Source of the DNA: Microbotryum violaceum | Taxonomy: Eukaryota | Length of the DNA stretch: 64,000 nt | Assembly: GCA_001244265.2 (NCBI GenBank) | Contig: CDLV01000016.1 | Coordinates: 124,001-188,000 of the forward strand | Direction: 5' to 3' | Part shown: positions 49,665 through 62,413 of the stretch, one piece after another | How positions within the stretch are numbered: position 1 is the first letter of the stretch | How the letters are laid out: each line of letters begins with the position of its first letter | Notes under the pieces: generated by a model | The model's database searches: none | Told to the model about the DNA's origin: nothing | The model's input: the letters and a program-made list of their open reading frames with translations, nothing else | Program-made: the position numbers and the translations under genes

Positions 49665-50474
49665 ATTGTATGGGCCGCCGTTTGGGCAACAAATTATGAG
49701 GCGCCGGGAGGGAAACGAGACTTCGACTCTCCTGACCACTCGCGCAAGTCGTAGCGGAATAGTGGTTCGAGTTGCAGCAAGACGAAGGACAGCATTGGTG
49801 TAGGAGTTGTTAAACAAATACCTCAAGCGGTAAAAACCCAGCCTTCTGGGGAAAACCGTAAGAGATTGATCTAAACGGAAGAGAGTCCGAACTTCTTGGT
49901 GATACACAGGGATGGTGGGCGGGATGACAGTTGGGAGCTTTGCGACCCAAGTTTCTGGATGTCAGTCGGCTGCAACTGATGATGGAGCAAGTCCACTGAT
50001 CGTCTCAGCATACCTTTGCGACAAAGGCAAGACACTGTATAAAGACAGTTGTGGCGCGGTTGGTGCAAAGGACGGCAAAGGGTCTGCTGAGAGATATGCG
50101 ATTTAGCTCGTTGCCCAACAAGGGTCCGGAACAAAATGCCCCCACAAAGAATTTGCAGGGATCCAAGTGCAAAGTGCACCGTGCAACAAGCTTGGGTGTA
50201 TCGAAGCACTTACCCCGAGCTACTCTAAGCGAGTCACGTCGAGGGTCTCATAACGAGCTGCTAGCAGCTGTGAACGTCCGGCAAGATGGAACTCTCGATC
50301 AGCGACCTCGTCAGCTGGGAGGTAGTCTTGGGAGTGAGGAACGCACCTATCCCTACAGGTGGTGAACACAGCCGCAGAAGCTGGTAAGGAAACGTCGACA
50401 ACGCAGTGAAGGTCCGAAAGGGAACGTGCGTTGCGAGTACCGCCCGTGAGCCCGCGTGTGTGGGAACGCACAGC

Positions 50475-53400
50475 TTTTTTTTGTTTTGTATCAAGCCTGA
50501 TTAGATTTTACATATTCGCTCATCTACGCAAAATCAATGTTTCTTGAAAAGGGGGGTTGGACTTATATAAAGTCATAGCCACTAGATCCATGCAGCCCCC
50601 ACACTCTCGAAACCACCAAAAGTGTGATTCCAATCATGTGAGCACCAACCACCCTTCCTATTACATGGTGTTAAAGAAGAATAGGCACAATCGAGAAAGA
50701 GAGAGAGAGGAGAGGGGAGGAAAATCAGGAGAGAAAACTCAGAAACTCTTTCTCATGAAAACGTCAAGTCACATCATCTGGTCCAGAAGCTCGCCGTCTG
50801 GCAGACATCGAAGTTGGAATTTGAGATGCGAGCGGACTTCGCGAGTAAGAAAGTACGGGGTTGGTAGGGGGATTTGATCCTTGTGCTGATGCCATCGAGC
50901 AAGGTAGAGCTTGTTGCAAGAACGACCCGAACGACGATGTAGGTCCGAGAGTCACGAGTTCCGCCTCGCACCCGAGGAAGGCCAAGCATGATCTGAGAAG
51001 AGTCAACTTCGCCAGGTTGGAAGTCACCTGCCTGGCCAAGTGCAACCCTCAGCAGCTGCAAGGTCAGGCGCCAGAACTCACGTGAATGATCACATTCAAA
51101 GTAGAAGTGCATGAAGGTGTCTCGTTCTCCGCACTGTGGACACCCATCAGATGCAGCGTGACCATGGCGATGTTGCAAAACGCATGTCGGCGTCGCCCTG
51201 AAGATCAGCTTCCAGTGAACGTCCTTTTCGACCGCTGTTGCCCATTGACTGTTGAGCCAGATCCAGAATTGTTGCTTCTGTGACTTTGTGACATCTGTTG
51301 GCCACTTGAGTCGAGAGCTGTCGTCCAGCGAGGGATAGCGGGCCTCATTGATGAAGTACCGCAGAGCTTTGATCAAAGGACGGGTCGCGCCAAGGAACGT
51401 GTAGGTGCAGGGTCGTAGGAAGCAGCAGTCGCCAATGGCGGTCCGGACGGCGGCGGGCTGGGGCAATACAGAGGCTATCGGAGAGCTAGCACTCACATCG
51501 GCCCAAAGCTTTTCCAATAACGACTCTGGTTGCAGGCCTGGGTTGACGGGGTCCCCTGTCGTCTGAGGCCTCCGGTAAAGATCGATGATTGCCCCAAACT
51601 TTTTGAGCCGCTTGCGCGCATCGTCCGACAGGCCTTGTGGGTGTAAGGAAGGCAGAGTAGGTGGGATCACGAGCACCTCGGTCGACCGAAGGAGCTCTGG
51701 GAACACATGAGGCAGCATCATCCGGGCAACGTTGATGACCTTCGTCCACCGCGCGTGGGTTGCGCGGCGAGGTGAGGCAATCAGTGTTGACCAAGTCGAC
51801 GTTTCTTCCGGATATGTGCGCTCCCAGCTGATCCGTGCGAGTGTAGCCCAGATAGGCTCGAAGCCATGGGCAACGCAGTCCCAGAACCGGATCGCCATAG
51901 CGCAAACAATGTCCTCGATGCTCAGCAGGCCCAAACCACTAAGATCGCGACGGAGGAAGGCCGCCTCTTTTGTCACGGGTCGGAAGGAGTCGTTATGCCA
52001 CACGAAGGAGATGAGCGCTTGTTCGAAAGCGTCGACGAAAGTGACGGGCGGAATGTGGAACGAGAGCAAGTGGATGACCCTCGAAGTGACATACGAGTTG
52101 GCGTACATCGCGCGAGCCCGTGGGGGGACACGTCGATTCGCCGCTGCCTCCAGTCGAGCCTTTACTCGGTTGAGTGTCGTGCTCCAGAAGAGCGAGAGAT
52201 TGCCGTCGATGGAAACCGGATAGCCAGCCCAAGTCATGCACTCACCAGCGCGCACAGTAGGGATCCCGCTGGCCCGCTCGTCCTGAGTCTAGCCCAAGCC
52301 GAGAGGGAGAGCAGTCGTCTTGGCCATGTTCGAGCGTCCGTTTCTAGCCGAGCGCCAATCGACGGCTAGACCAGTCAGGAGATCGAGTGCTGCCGCTGAC
52401 GAAACGAGCACGATCGCATCGTCCGCAAAAGCAAGGTGGGTGAGGATTGCAGCCCGGGTGGGAAGAAGTACTGCACTGAGATCAAGGGCAATGTTTCTCC
52501 TCACTAGGGCATCGAGGTAGGGCTGGAAGCACACGTTCCAGATGGGACAACTCACGGGGTCTCCTTGCCCGAGCCCGCACACCATGCACACAGCCTCCGT
52601 GAGGTATCCATTGATGATGTAACGAAATGACACCGATCTGTAGATAACGTCGAGAAGGCCGAGGAAGCGTACTGGCGCTCCAATCGCTCGAAGGACGCTC
52701 ACAATCCAGTCATGATCAACTAGGTCATATGCGCTTTCCTGATCAAGCGATAGGAGAGCCGAGTCAGCAAGGTCAAGGGAGCGAATTTGTTCAAGGAGCA
52801 GGGACAAGTGACTTCCCGCGTCTGAGGCCTTTTCGACCAGGCATGAAACCATGTTGTGAAGGGAGAAGAACGGATGGCAGCACTTTGTTCAGCCTTGCTA
52901 CGAGGACCTTGGTCATCAACTTGTACGAGCACTCGCGAAGCGTGATCGGGCGGTAGTACTTGAGGTCCGAGTAGTCAGCGTCAGGCTTTGACTTTTTGAG
53001 GAGGCGGACAGTTCCTTTGGTCATCGATTCAGGCAGAGCACCTTTCGTCCACGCCTCGTTGCAAGTCGAGGCCAGTAGCTCTGCAAAGACGGTTGGGGAG
53101 GACTGGTACATCTCGTACGGTAGCCCGCTCGCTCCTGGATTTCGGCCCTTGTCAAGTTTGGCAATTGCGGCTGCAAATTCGTCGGCAGTGAAAGGTTCCT
53201 CGAGCAGCTTGGCGTGTCGCGCAGTCATCGGTCTCATGAACCTTGAATCAGAGTGCTTCTTGCCTCTTGGTAAAGCGCGTCGTACGGGATCAAGAAGGGT
53301 AGAGCGAGCAACTTCGACTTGAGCGGGATCGCGATCATCTGGCGTGTGGTGGTCTTAGAAGTATGCTCGCGCGTGGTCCAAGCACTTGGTAAGGTCCGTT

Positions 53401-56375
53401 GAGGGCGACCCATCCGCCAGACGAAGGGTGTCGATCTTAATGCCGTTCGGCGAGCAGCGAGTCTTGCAAGGACCGTGTGAGAGAGCTGCTCCTCGGAGCT
53501 GAATTCCGGGATGTGCGCACGAATCCTCATTTGACGGGCTCGGTCGAGGATCAAAACCTTGGTCATGGCCACCAGATCTTGCCATTCAGCTCGTCTCCCG
53601 TCGTCGAAAGTATCGAGTGCTTCGAGGTCTTGGATACGACGCTCGAGCGTTTCCTTTGTCGTCGAAAATTGCTGATTCAGGTGGCGAGCATGGTCACTCG
53701 AGGCAGATCTGAGTCGAGACATCGCTTCCTCAAAAGCCGCAAGCGGGTCGAGTGGGTAGGACTCGCGAGATGCGTCGATGATGAAAGGTATGCGAGCTGC
53801 AAAGGCTTCGTCGGCTTAGACTCGTGTATTGACTCGTAGCAGCTGGGACGACGTTTCCGGGAGCGAGGGCAGGGCCGACGTGCTTTCGGCGGTTGGGCAG
53901 GCGATCCCCACACACACGGGGCGATGGTCCGAGAGGAGCGCGTCGAGGTACGTGGTCCCCGAGACTAGCAGATGAGCATGTTGTTCCGACAAGAGGATGT
54001 AGTCGATGCGCGACCAGGACTTGATCTTGCCCGCCTGTTTATGCGGCCTGCTGAAGTGGTTCGAGTGAGAGTGCAGGTATCGGATCGTGTCGATCACAGC
54101 AAAAGGGAGCTGGCCAATGAGAGTACGCCAGTAGGTGGGGGAAGATCCGACCATCCCTCCGTAGAAACTGATTTTCGATCCACCATAACGTTTGGACAGT
54201 CGTTCAAGTCTCCGGCGATGATCCTGACAGTCGTTTCGGGTTCTCGGTCGAGCGAAAGAGCGCTGAAGTGGGCCTTGCGTTCCTTCGGGTTCACGGGGGC
54301 ATAGTAGTCCACGAACTGGTATTTCTGTGAATTCAAAAGGTAGTTGATAGTGAGTATTCGAGGATCAGGAAAGTCTCGAAAAGTAGGGGAAAGGACGTAC
54401 AGGCGGGAGCGCTCCGGGATGAGGGTGGCGACAAGGTCTCTGAAGAAGACCCGCCCTTTCCAACATCGCTCGAAGCGCTCCCGTTGTGAACGACTCTTTA
54501 ATCCGTGCTCCTGTACAAATACAATGGAAGGGGGTGGAGAGAGGGAAGAGAGGTAGACGAGGAAACGCTCCTGGCGCCCTAAGTCAGCAATAGAGTTTAC
54601 ATTGAAGGTGAGAAAGTGAAGCTGATCCAAGTCAGGTCGAGTTGGTGGTATAATCATTTTGAGTAATTCTTAGTTTGTGTCCATCAAGGACACTGTACCA
54701 GAAGATAAAGGAGAGGGTGCGAGCGCTGTTCCCTTCGGGGCGCGAGTGGTCGGCCTTTCGTACGGTGCCGGTCTCTTGGAGCGTGGTGAAGTCGGAGGTG
54801 CCAACGACGAGAAAGGTGTTGAAGACGAGATCGGGCTCGAATCAGCTGAGCTCAAGTGCGATGATACCGTGGTCGAAAGAGCCGCCGCCGGCCCAAAGTC
54901 GTTGCTGTTCGGTTTAGATGATAACACGCTCGACCCCTGCTCTACTTTTTTTCATCCTCCGTCTCCTCTTCTTCCTGACTTCCACCATCCTCCTTTTCCT
55001 CCGGACCATTCCTCATTTCCTCTTTCTGACCGTCCCCCCCTTCGGCCCTATTTTCCTCAATTTCCTCATCCCCTTCCTCTTCCATGTCCTCCTCTTGCAA
55101 TCCCGCAAAGGCGTTGGTGAGCGTCATCCCGTTTGCCCCCGTAGCCGGACTGGGGGTGGTAATCGGTCGGGCCTTGCTGCTCTGGGTGGCCGTCGCCCAT
55201 CCATCGCCGGTGCCCCTGTCCGAGGTCGCCCGAGGTTTGGAAGCGACCGCGCGGTTGAGTCCGACCACCTGCCGTTGGATCTTGGCTTGCTGGATCGGAC
55301 AGACGGAACGAACATGTCCTGGACGGCGACAGTAGCCGCAGAAGCCCACCTGAAGATCGTTGTTGAGAGCGACTACCGCTCCTTGCCTGTTGGTGAGGTG
55401 GACCGGCGAAAAGGTGTTGAAGTCGACATCCTTCATCGCTTCTTCCGGAAGCTGCACATAGAACCAGTAGTCGCCACTGAAGATGAGTTGGAGTGGTTCC
55501 TCTGGAACTACCTCGAGGTTGCGTTGGAAATGTAGGATCTCCGGCGTCGCGATCTTCGTTCCCCAGGTCTTGTTGTAGGTCTCGGCGCTTTTGCGGAGGG
55601 CAACGCGGATGCCGTTTAGCCAGAAGTCCGGGTCGTCTCGGTCGGAGTGACAACGGAGCCTGATCTCGACTACCCTGTCGATGGGGGAATGGGGGAGGGT
55701 GATCGTCGTTGGCGAGCCCCTGTACTGGAAAGCCGGACGTTGGCAAGCGCGGGCGAAAGCCCTGGCGTTACGGAAGTTGATGTCGTACGTGTGGACGGCG
55801 TGGTTGCGGCCTTTCGACGGGTCGGCCGGGATGACACGCGGCGAGATGCCGCAGATATCGGAAAGGAGGTTATCGAATTTGGATCCGAGCTTGCTGATGT
55901 TGGCGTTAGAGATGGAGAAGAGGCACATGGATTTGGGTTTCGCCGTGTTGTAGTGTGCGATGAGCGATGAGCGCCTTTTCGACGTCGACGCGAGGGAACG
56001 ACTTGTGGGTCGCAAGACTGAGGGTGATACGTATGGTGTCGGGCTGGACTACATCGCGGTAGTCGGTTTCGGATCCTTTCAACTTCCTGGAGGCGTCTTT
56101 CATCGCCATGGCAGAGGTAGGTGGGTAGAGGGGGTGGTGGTGATGGATATGAAGCCCGCGCCCCGCGTTGGGGCCAGGCACGATATTGAGCTCCTTGCAG
56201 AAGAGTAGACGTTCAGCAAGGTCTCGTTGTTGTTCTTGGATCGTCAGCTCATGGGCAGGCTTGAAGTCTAGGAACGCTTGATCATCTCGCTACAGCAGCT
56301 TGAATCAAGTGATTCCGAACGAGACGCAAGTCGGCGCACGGACCAGTCGTAGTCCAGTCCGCGTCGAAGGCTGCA
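50475..56375 (-). mobile_element. Near full-length, frameshifted L1/Tx1-like LINE (ORF1 + APE-RT-Zn finger ORF2)
   Basis: ORF1 with knuckle CGYCRRPGHVRSVC. ORF2 from 54657: TFNVN, FVQEH, AGDLND, SRIDY, SDHRPV (APE); YRPITL, QHGFMPGR, LDQESAYD, QGDPVS, FADD (RT); CPQC..HFYFEC. A-rich tail at ~50475-50488. The 5' limit is approximate. Confidence 0.93.
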
Positions 56376-56706
56376 TTACTACCTCTACATAAAAAAGGTG
56401 AGTTAAGGAATGTACCTAAAATCGCTGTTTTTGAGTAGGTTGCGGCCTGGAGGGCCGCCTGTGGTGGATGTACCAGCATACGGTTGTGTCTGCCGCACCT
56501 GCCTGTGGTGTCCATGTTCCATCAGAAGTCATGTACAAGCTCTGTGGCGAATTGTGTCTTTTTCGTGCCGGTCGAACGAAGCTACAGTGTTCCAGTATTT
56601 TCCTTCACTTTTTCGTTGATTTCAAACAGTGTTTACACATTTATTGTATGTAATTGACGGGAAGCGCGTGGCTTTGCGTGACATTGCTTTTACAGCAGAG
56701 CTCCGC
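56376..56706 (+). mobile_element. Second copy of the Helitron-like 5' end
   Basis: Diverged inverted copy of 37847-38182 ending at the same terminus (A|TTACTACCTCTACATAAAAAAGG). Confidence 0.55.
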
Positions 56707-57065
56707 CTAACGTCGCCTGACGCCTGACGTGCGGGGCGAGGCTGACGTCTGTCACGTGATGCGGGGCGATTCGGGGCATTTTTGGTTTTAGATATTGTCG
56801 CGCTTAATGTGGCCGACGGATCATCGTGAAAAGAGGAGAACAGCGAAGCGTGCGCAAAGGGATCAAGCCGAACGGAGCAGACTCGCCGATGATGAAAGCG
56901 CCAATTACACGATGCGCTCGGACCATCTGAGGCCCGATCGACCGAAATGGCAGACTTCGGATCGCTGCAGCTCCACCCACAGCTTATGAAAGCTCTCGCC
57001 ACTTGAGGTATGTCATTTTTAGAGTATAAAGATAAATATTATTCCTCACTTTGCATGAATGCGCC

Positions 57066-57220
57066 TACTTGCCAAGTTGCAGAGAATCACCCCAAAACGG
57101 CCCTGAAATTTCGGAGGGCAACGCCGATAACTCGTAGGCGCCCGCGCGCTAAGCTCAACTAAGACCTCCCTCTGAGAGGGGCCTATGCGCCTACGCGCGG
57201 GCAGCGCTCTTGGCGCGCAG
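57066..57220. mobile_element. AcademH-type TIR fragments: a truncated right TIR joined to a left terminus of a related family
   Basis: 57066-57130 matches 49558-49634. From 57150, TAAGCTCAACTAAGACCTCCCTCTGAGAGGGGCCTA matches the reverse complement of the 8911-8945 terminus. Confidence 0.65.
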
Positions 57221-58027
57221 GGCGCGCAGGGGTTTCACTTTCACTCAACTGGCCCAACTGCTTGCCGTCGTTGCTTTATAACCCCTTTTAGCTCTTTTTG
57301 TAGCGGTCCCAGCCGACCGGAGTGCAATTGATGGGCCCCAGTAAAACAAACCAAGCCGGCCCGAAGAAGTGCAGTTTATGACCCCCAGTAAAACAAAACA
57401 AAACGAGCAAGCAAGGCGTCGCGATACCTCTGGGCACGCGTCCTAACTACCTGCCCCTATTCGACTGAACTGCGCTAGCGATGGATAGGTGGCTGAGCTG
57501 CTGAGGGGCAGCGGCGCCATCTCCTGACAATGAGGGCGTTGAGAACGGACGAGTTTCAGGAGTGGTTGCCCCCTCCTTCACCAACTTTTGAAAGTAACCT
57601 TCGGCTTTAAATAGCTTCAAAAAATCATGGCCCGATCCCGTGACGATCCGTGGCGATCCCGTGACGATCCCGTTTTAGGGCCGCGACGATCACGTCACAG
57701 GGGAGGGGAGGAGGGTGCCTTTGCTATGAAACAGCCGTTCGCGGAGACTGCGCCCCACAAAGCTGCGTTAACGGAGAGTCTCAGAGTACGCCCATAATAG
57801 CTTGTATCTCTCCGCCAACGAATGTGCGGTCCGCCCGCACACAAGGCCCCGGTACACTCCACTGCACCTTCTGCGAGCGTGCCAGCGCCGTCAGTAGCGG
57901 GGACGCTCAAAATAGCTGCCATAGTCTGAGGATAACGAATAGAGCAGATCGACCTGACTCGAGATGAACTAGTCCCTCCTCTCTTTCTTCTTCATCTCCC
58001 AGATCCACTTCGCTTCGACAAACATTC

Positions 58028-60461
58028 ATGGTCGGTTTTGGCACTTCGCCAAGTTTCCTAACCGCGGCGGCGGTGGTCGCACTTTGCCTCACCGGCGTCA
58101 ACGCACGTACTCGGCGTCATGGCAGGTCGGCTCACGTCGGGGACGCCGACTTCAGCACTCGATGCGCCAACATGGCGAGTGTCAAGATGCCCAACATGAG
58201 TATCTACGCGACGGAGCACTACAGCGCCAACTCTACCTTCAGCCCCTCTGGTCGTGAGTTGACTCTTTGGCCGCTGACCGACCGGCAGGATTTTCACCCG
58301 TGTTTCGCACACCCCTGGCCTGCGCTACCTTTGCACGATACCTCAGCTGACACTCCGAGCTGGTCGCTTCGGCCGTCTCTACAGCCTCCCGCTCCTACAG
58401 CGACCCTGTACCTGGACTCGCTGCCTTCTGCCGATTCGGTGCCGAGATCCAGACCTCGTCCCAGTCCAAGGTACGACATTCTCGCGAATGGCACCTCCCG
58501 GACGCTGGCTTACTTCTCTGGCTCTCGCGCTTCTTCGGCACTCGCGAACTTTTGCAGATCCGCTTCGAAGTCTGGATGCCCGATAACTGGTCTAGACGAT
58601 TCGCCATGGTCGGAAACGGAGGTGACGCCGGTAGTGTCAACTACCCCGACATGAGCGTCCCCTTGACCAAGTGTCAGTCTCCTCTTCCTTCCACGAACTC
58701 CTAGGCTCCATGGGCTCAGTACTGATAGCCCCTCTCTTCGATGTTCTTCTGTGTGATTATCTACAGACAACTTCGCCGTCGCCTCCACCGATACCGGTCA
58801 CAGTGGCTGGGCCAACGACGGTACCTTCGCCATCTCGAACCCCGAGAGCCAGATCGACTTCGGCCATCGAGCCGTGCACCTGACGGCGACCTACTCCAAG
58901 AAACTTATCGCAAGCTACTACGGTGGCGGCGGAGCCAGCTACAGCTACTGGATTGGTGAATTACTCTGAACAAAAGATTTTTGGGCGCCTGTTCCAGCTG
59001 CTGACGTTCCTTCGAGTTTAATGACCGCTCCGAACCGCTCAGGTTGCTCCTGCGGTGGCAGGCAGGGGCTCAAGGAGATCCAGCTCTACGCCGACACCTT
59101 TGAGGGTGTCCTTGCCGGTGCCGGAGCTCACTGGCTGCCACGTGAGTCCGAACCCCTGCGCAGTCATTTTGCCCGAGTACTGATCTCGGAAGGCAACCCT
59201 TTTGACCTGTTCGTGTCTTTCAGATCTCCAGTGAGTCTATCTTTTCCCGGATAGAACGCGCCTTGGAAAAAGCCATGGAATGACCAGCACGGATTGACAA
59301 ACACCTTCTACCATTTGCTTCCTACAGCGGCCAAACGTACCGACTCAATGCCTTCGTCAACAAGATCGGATCGACAGGCTACCTGACCGCGGCCAATTAC
59401 GCAACGATAGGTACCGAAGTGCTCAAACAGTGTGACGTCCTCGGACAGGACAAGCTCAAGGACGGCATCATCACGGACCCTGTAAGCTGTCTCGCATCTT
59501 CTTGTCTCCGCAAGAGCAAACCGCTTAGCTCTTTCCTGTCCTTTTTGTTATCACAACAGACCAAGTGCTCGCCCAAGCTCGAGGGCTTGCTGTGCTCGGC
59601 CAAAGGCGCGAACAAGGCGACCTGCTTGTCCCAAGCCCAGATCGAGACCATGTACACGATTTGGGCCGACTGGAAAAGCTCAACCGGCCTTGCGACCGGA
59701 CCAGGCGGAACGAACTACTTCCCTGGTTTCCAACCCGGATCCGAGAGCTACTCCAGCGGCTTCTCCGTCACCGGTACGCCTTTTTCCGTTGCGCCCGATT
59801 ACTTCAAGTGAGCCTGACGCCCGTGTCTTTCTGTTCTTCTTCCCCGGCACAATCTGACATAACTTTCTGCCCCCCACCATGACCCAGCTACCAAGTCTTG
59901 AACAAAACAAGTGTGCAGCCCTTCACTGTCGATTCAGAAGCTGACTTTGAGAAGCTCCTCAAGATCGCCGACGACACGGACCCCGGACAGACGAACGCCA
60001 ACGACCCTAACATCCGTGATTTCCTCAGTCGTGGCAAGCTCATGACTTACGTCGGTCTCGCCGACACCCTCATCCCGGCGGGATCGACGCTCTTGTACTA
60101 TGATCGCGTCAAGGCCAAGCTCGGCAACGTCGACGAATCGTTTCGTCTTTTCGCGATCCCGGGCATGTCGCACTGCGGGGGCGGCAACAGTGCGTTCAAC
60201 CTCGGTCAGGCCAGCCAAAGTGACATCTCCCTCGGGGGGAACCTTCAGAGCGCGAACTTCACCGCCAAGTACGATATGATCCTCGCGCTCATCCAATGGG
60301 TCGAGAAGAACCAGGCGCCCGATTCACTCGTCGGTGTCAACTACGTCAACGGCGACAAGCGACAGGGTGTGGCCTTTGAGCGCCTCATGTGCCCCTGGCC
60401 CCAATTGGGTTACTACAGGGATGGTGACACTACCAAGGCCTCGTCCTTCGCCTGCAAGTAA
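58028..60461 (+). CDS. Secreted tannase/feruloyl esterase family protein, paralogue 3 (spliced)
   Basis: Signal peptide; GCSCGGRQG, YVGLADTLI, MSHCGGG, RLMCPWP. All splice sites I checked are canonical. Confidence 0.93.
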
Positions 60462-60647
60462 ATTATATCGGAAGTCGAGGCAGTCTCGTGATTTTCTGCC
60501 GGGACACCTTCATGACCAAATGGGATTTATCTGAGTTTTCTAAGCCCCAGGATAGAAGCTGATACCTTCAAATTAGGTGATATCTGGAATACATCGAAGG
60601 CTACGCCACTACCCAACAACTACGACCAGTACAGATAATAGAATGCT

Positions 60648-62413
60648 CTAGCACGAAGACTTGGGCGCGAAGGGGAACTTGAGATTGCCGTTGTTGAGCA
60701 AGCCCCACCCCGGGAGTGAGTCATCGGAGTAGATGTGCGCGAACCACCCGATGCCCCCGTTTGCGTTGAACCAGGAGCACTTGGAGTCGAGTAAGGCGTA
60801 GTAGGATGCCTGGCTCAAGATGCTGGAAACGGCCGTTGGGGTGTTGGCCTTCCACACCGACTGATCGGACGGCCAGCCGGTTTGGGTCATGCTGCGCATT
60901 CAAAGAATACAGGGACGGTGACTCAGCTGGGGCCGATCGCAAACAATGAAGGCATGAATTGACCTTACCGAATGATCTTTCCCGGTGCAAGCGAAGCAAA
61001 GTAGCTGAGTGACCAGGAAACGACCCCCCAGGCGTTTGCTCCGGTCGTGGCCTGCGAGTCGAAGAAGGGGAGGACGTTGCCTTCGACGAAATCGGCCGCG
61101 GCCATGGTGGACGGTGCGCCGTTGTTGATCTGCAGCCCGTATGGCATCTCGGAGAAGGTGACTTTTGTTCCATACGGCGCCATCTTGCTCTTCATACTGA
61201 GTATCTCGGTCGCCAAGTTGGTAGCCGAAAGTACCCCGTCGTACAGCGGCTCGGACCCGATGGCGACATTCTTAAACACGAACGGGGCCTTGGGGTTCGT
61301 GCGCATCGTCTTGACAAAAGCGCTGTAGCGGCTCTTCCATTGGTCGTCACCGTCGAAGCCGAACCAAATCAAGTGTTAGACACCGAGATTCGCCGAAGCA
61401 GCAGCATCGACGAGAGCGTCATTGAACCAGGTCGCGTCGCACGCGCCATAGAGACGAACGTAGCGAGCGCCGAATTGCTTGCGCATGCGCGTAAAGTCGG
61501 CGAGCAACGTCGAAGGGGACTGGCATTCATCGACCGAATAAGAGAAGCCCATGAAGGCGTATTCACTCGAGTCGGCGCACCACCAGCTGACAGCGAGATC
61601 AGCGGCGGTGTAGTTCACACCGGTCGGGATCGTCCTGACGTTGCTGGGGAAGCAACCGAGCCCGGTCGGAATCGACGCGGCGCCAGCATCCCGTGTGGTG
61701 GTAACGGCCCTGGTGGACGTCGTGGTGGTGGTGGTGGTCGTCGTCGTTGTAATCGTCGTCGATGGAGCGGTCGTTGCTCTTGGGGTTGTGGTCGCTGTCG
61801 ACTTGGCGGACGTAGTCGTGGTGGTTGTGCGCACGGGCGTGGCCGTAAGCTTGCCAAAGTCAGGATCTTTCGGATTGGGAATGACGTGAGGGCTGAGAGA
61901 GAGTAGCAACGGGGACTCCACGACGTTAGTCTAAGAAACCTGCGGTAGCTTCGCTGCTGGAATCAAATGAGCTTACGGTCTCATTCCGGCCAGAATGGGG
62001 CGAGCCGACGTAGCAAACACCCGTGAATTGCCGCGGCGCTCGATGACCTCCTCAACCGTCTCCTCGAACTCGGCTTCGTCATCTGTCTCAGCCTCCTCGG
62101 TGTCCTCGCTCTCGGATTCGTCAGCCGCTCGGATAGCCAAACCTGGCTCGATCATCACGTGATTGAGAAGTCGGGCCTCCAAGAGATGTTCATCGTCGCG
62201 GGTGTGAAGAGTGGCGAGTCGTACATATCGATCTGCACCAAGTTGTTGAACACGGGATCGCGCGGTGGCTGCAGCGGCGGGTGCAGGCGCACGGACCGCC
62301 AAGGCTTGCTCGGGTCCGGCGGCGAAGGTGATGCCGGTGATGGGCGAAGCGAGTGCTTGAAGCGATGCGACGAGTACAAGGGCGAGCACAGCTCGGGTGT
62401 TCATTCTCGACAT
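60648..62413 (-). pseudogene. Secreted GH17-like protein with Thr-rich linker; in-frame premature stop
   Basis: Signal peptide, poly-Thr linker, ARYVRLYGACD, VAIGSEPLYD, GNVLPFFD, MTQTGWPS. TAA at 61376-61378 is in frame within NLGV*HLIWFGFDG. Confidence 0.75.

Noticed and set aside
49665-50474. Possible small Cys-containing protein between the AcademH element and the LINE
   Set aside because: Only short interrupted ORFs with no signal peptide or consistent splice model.
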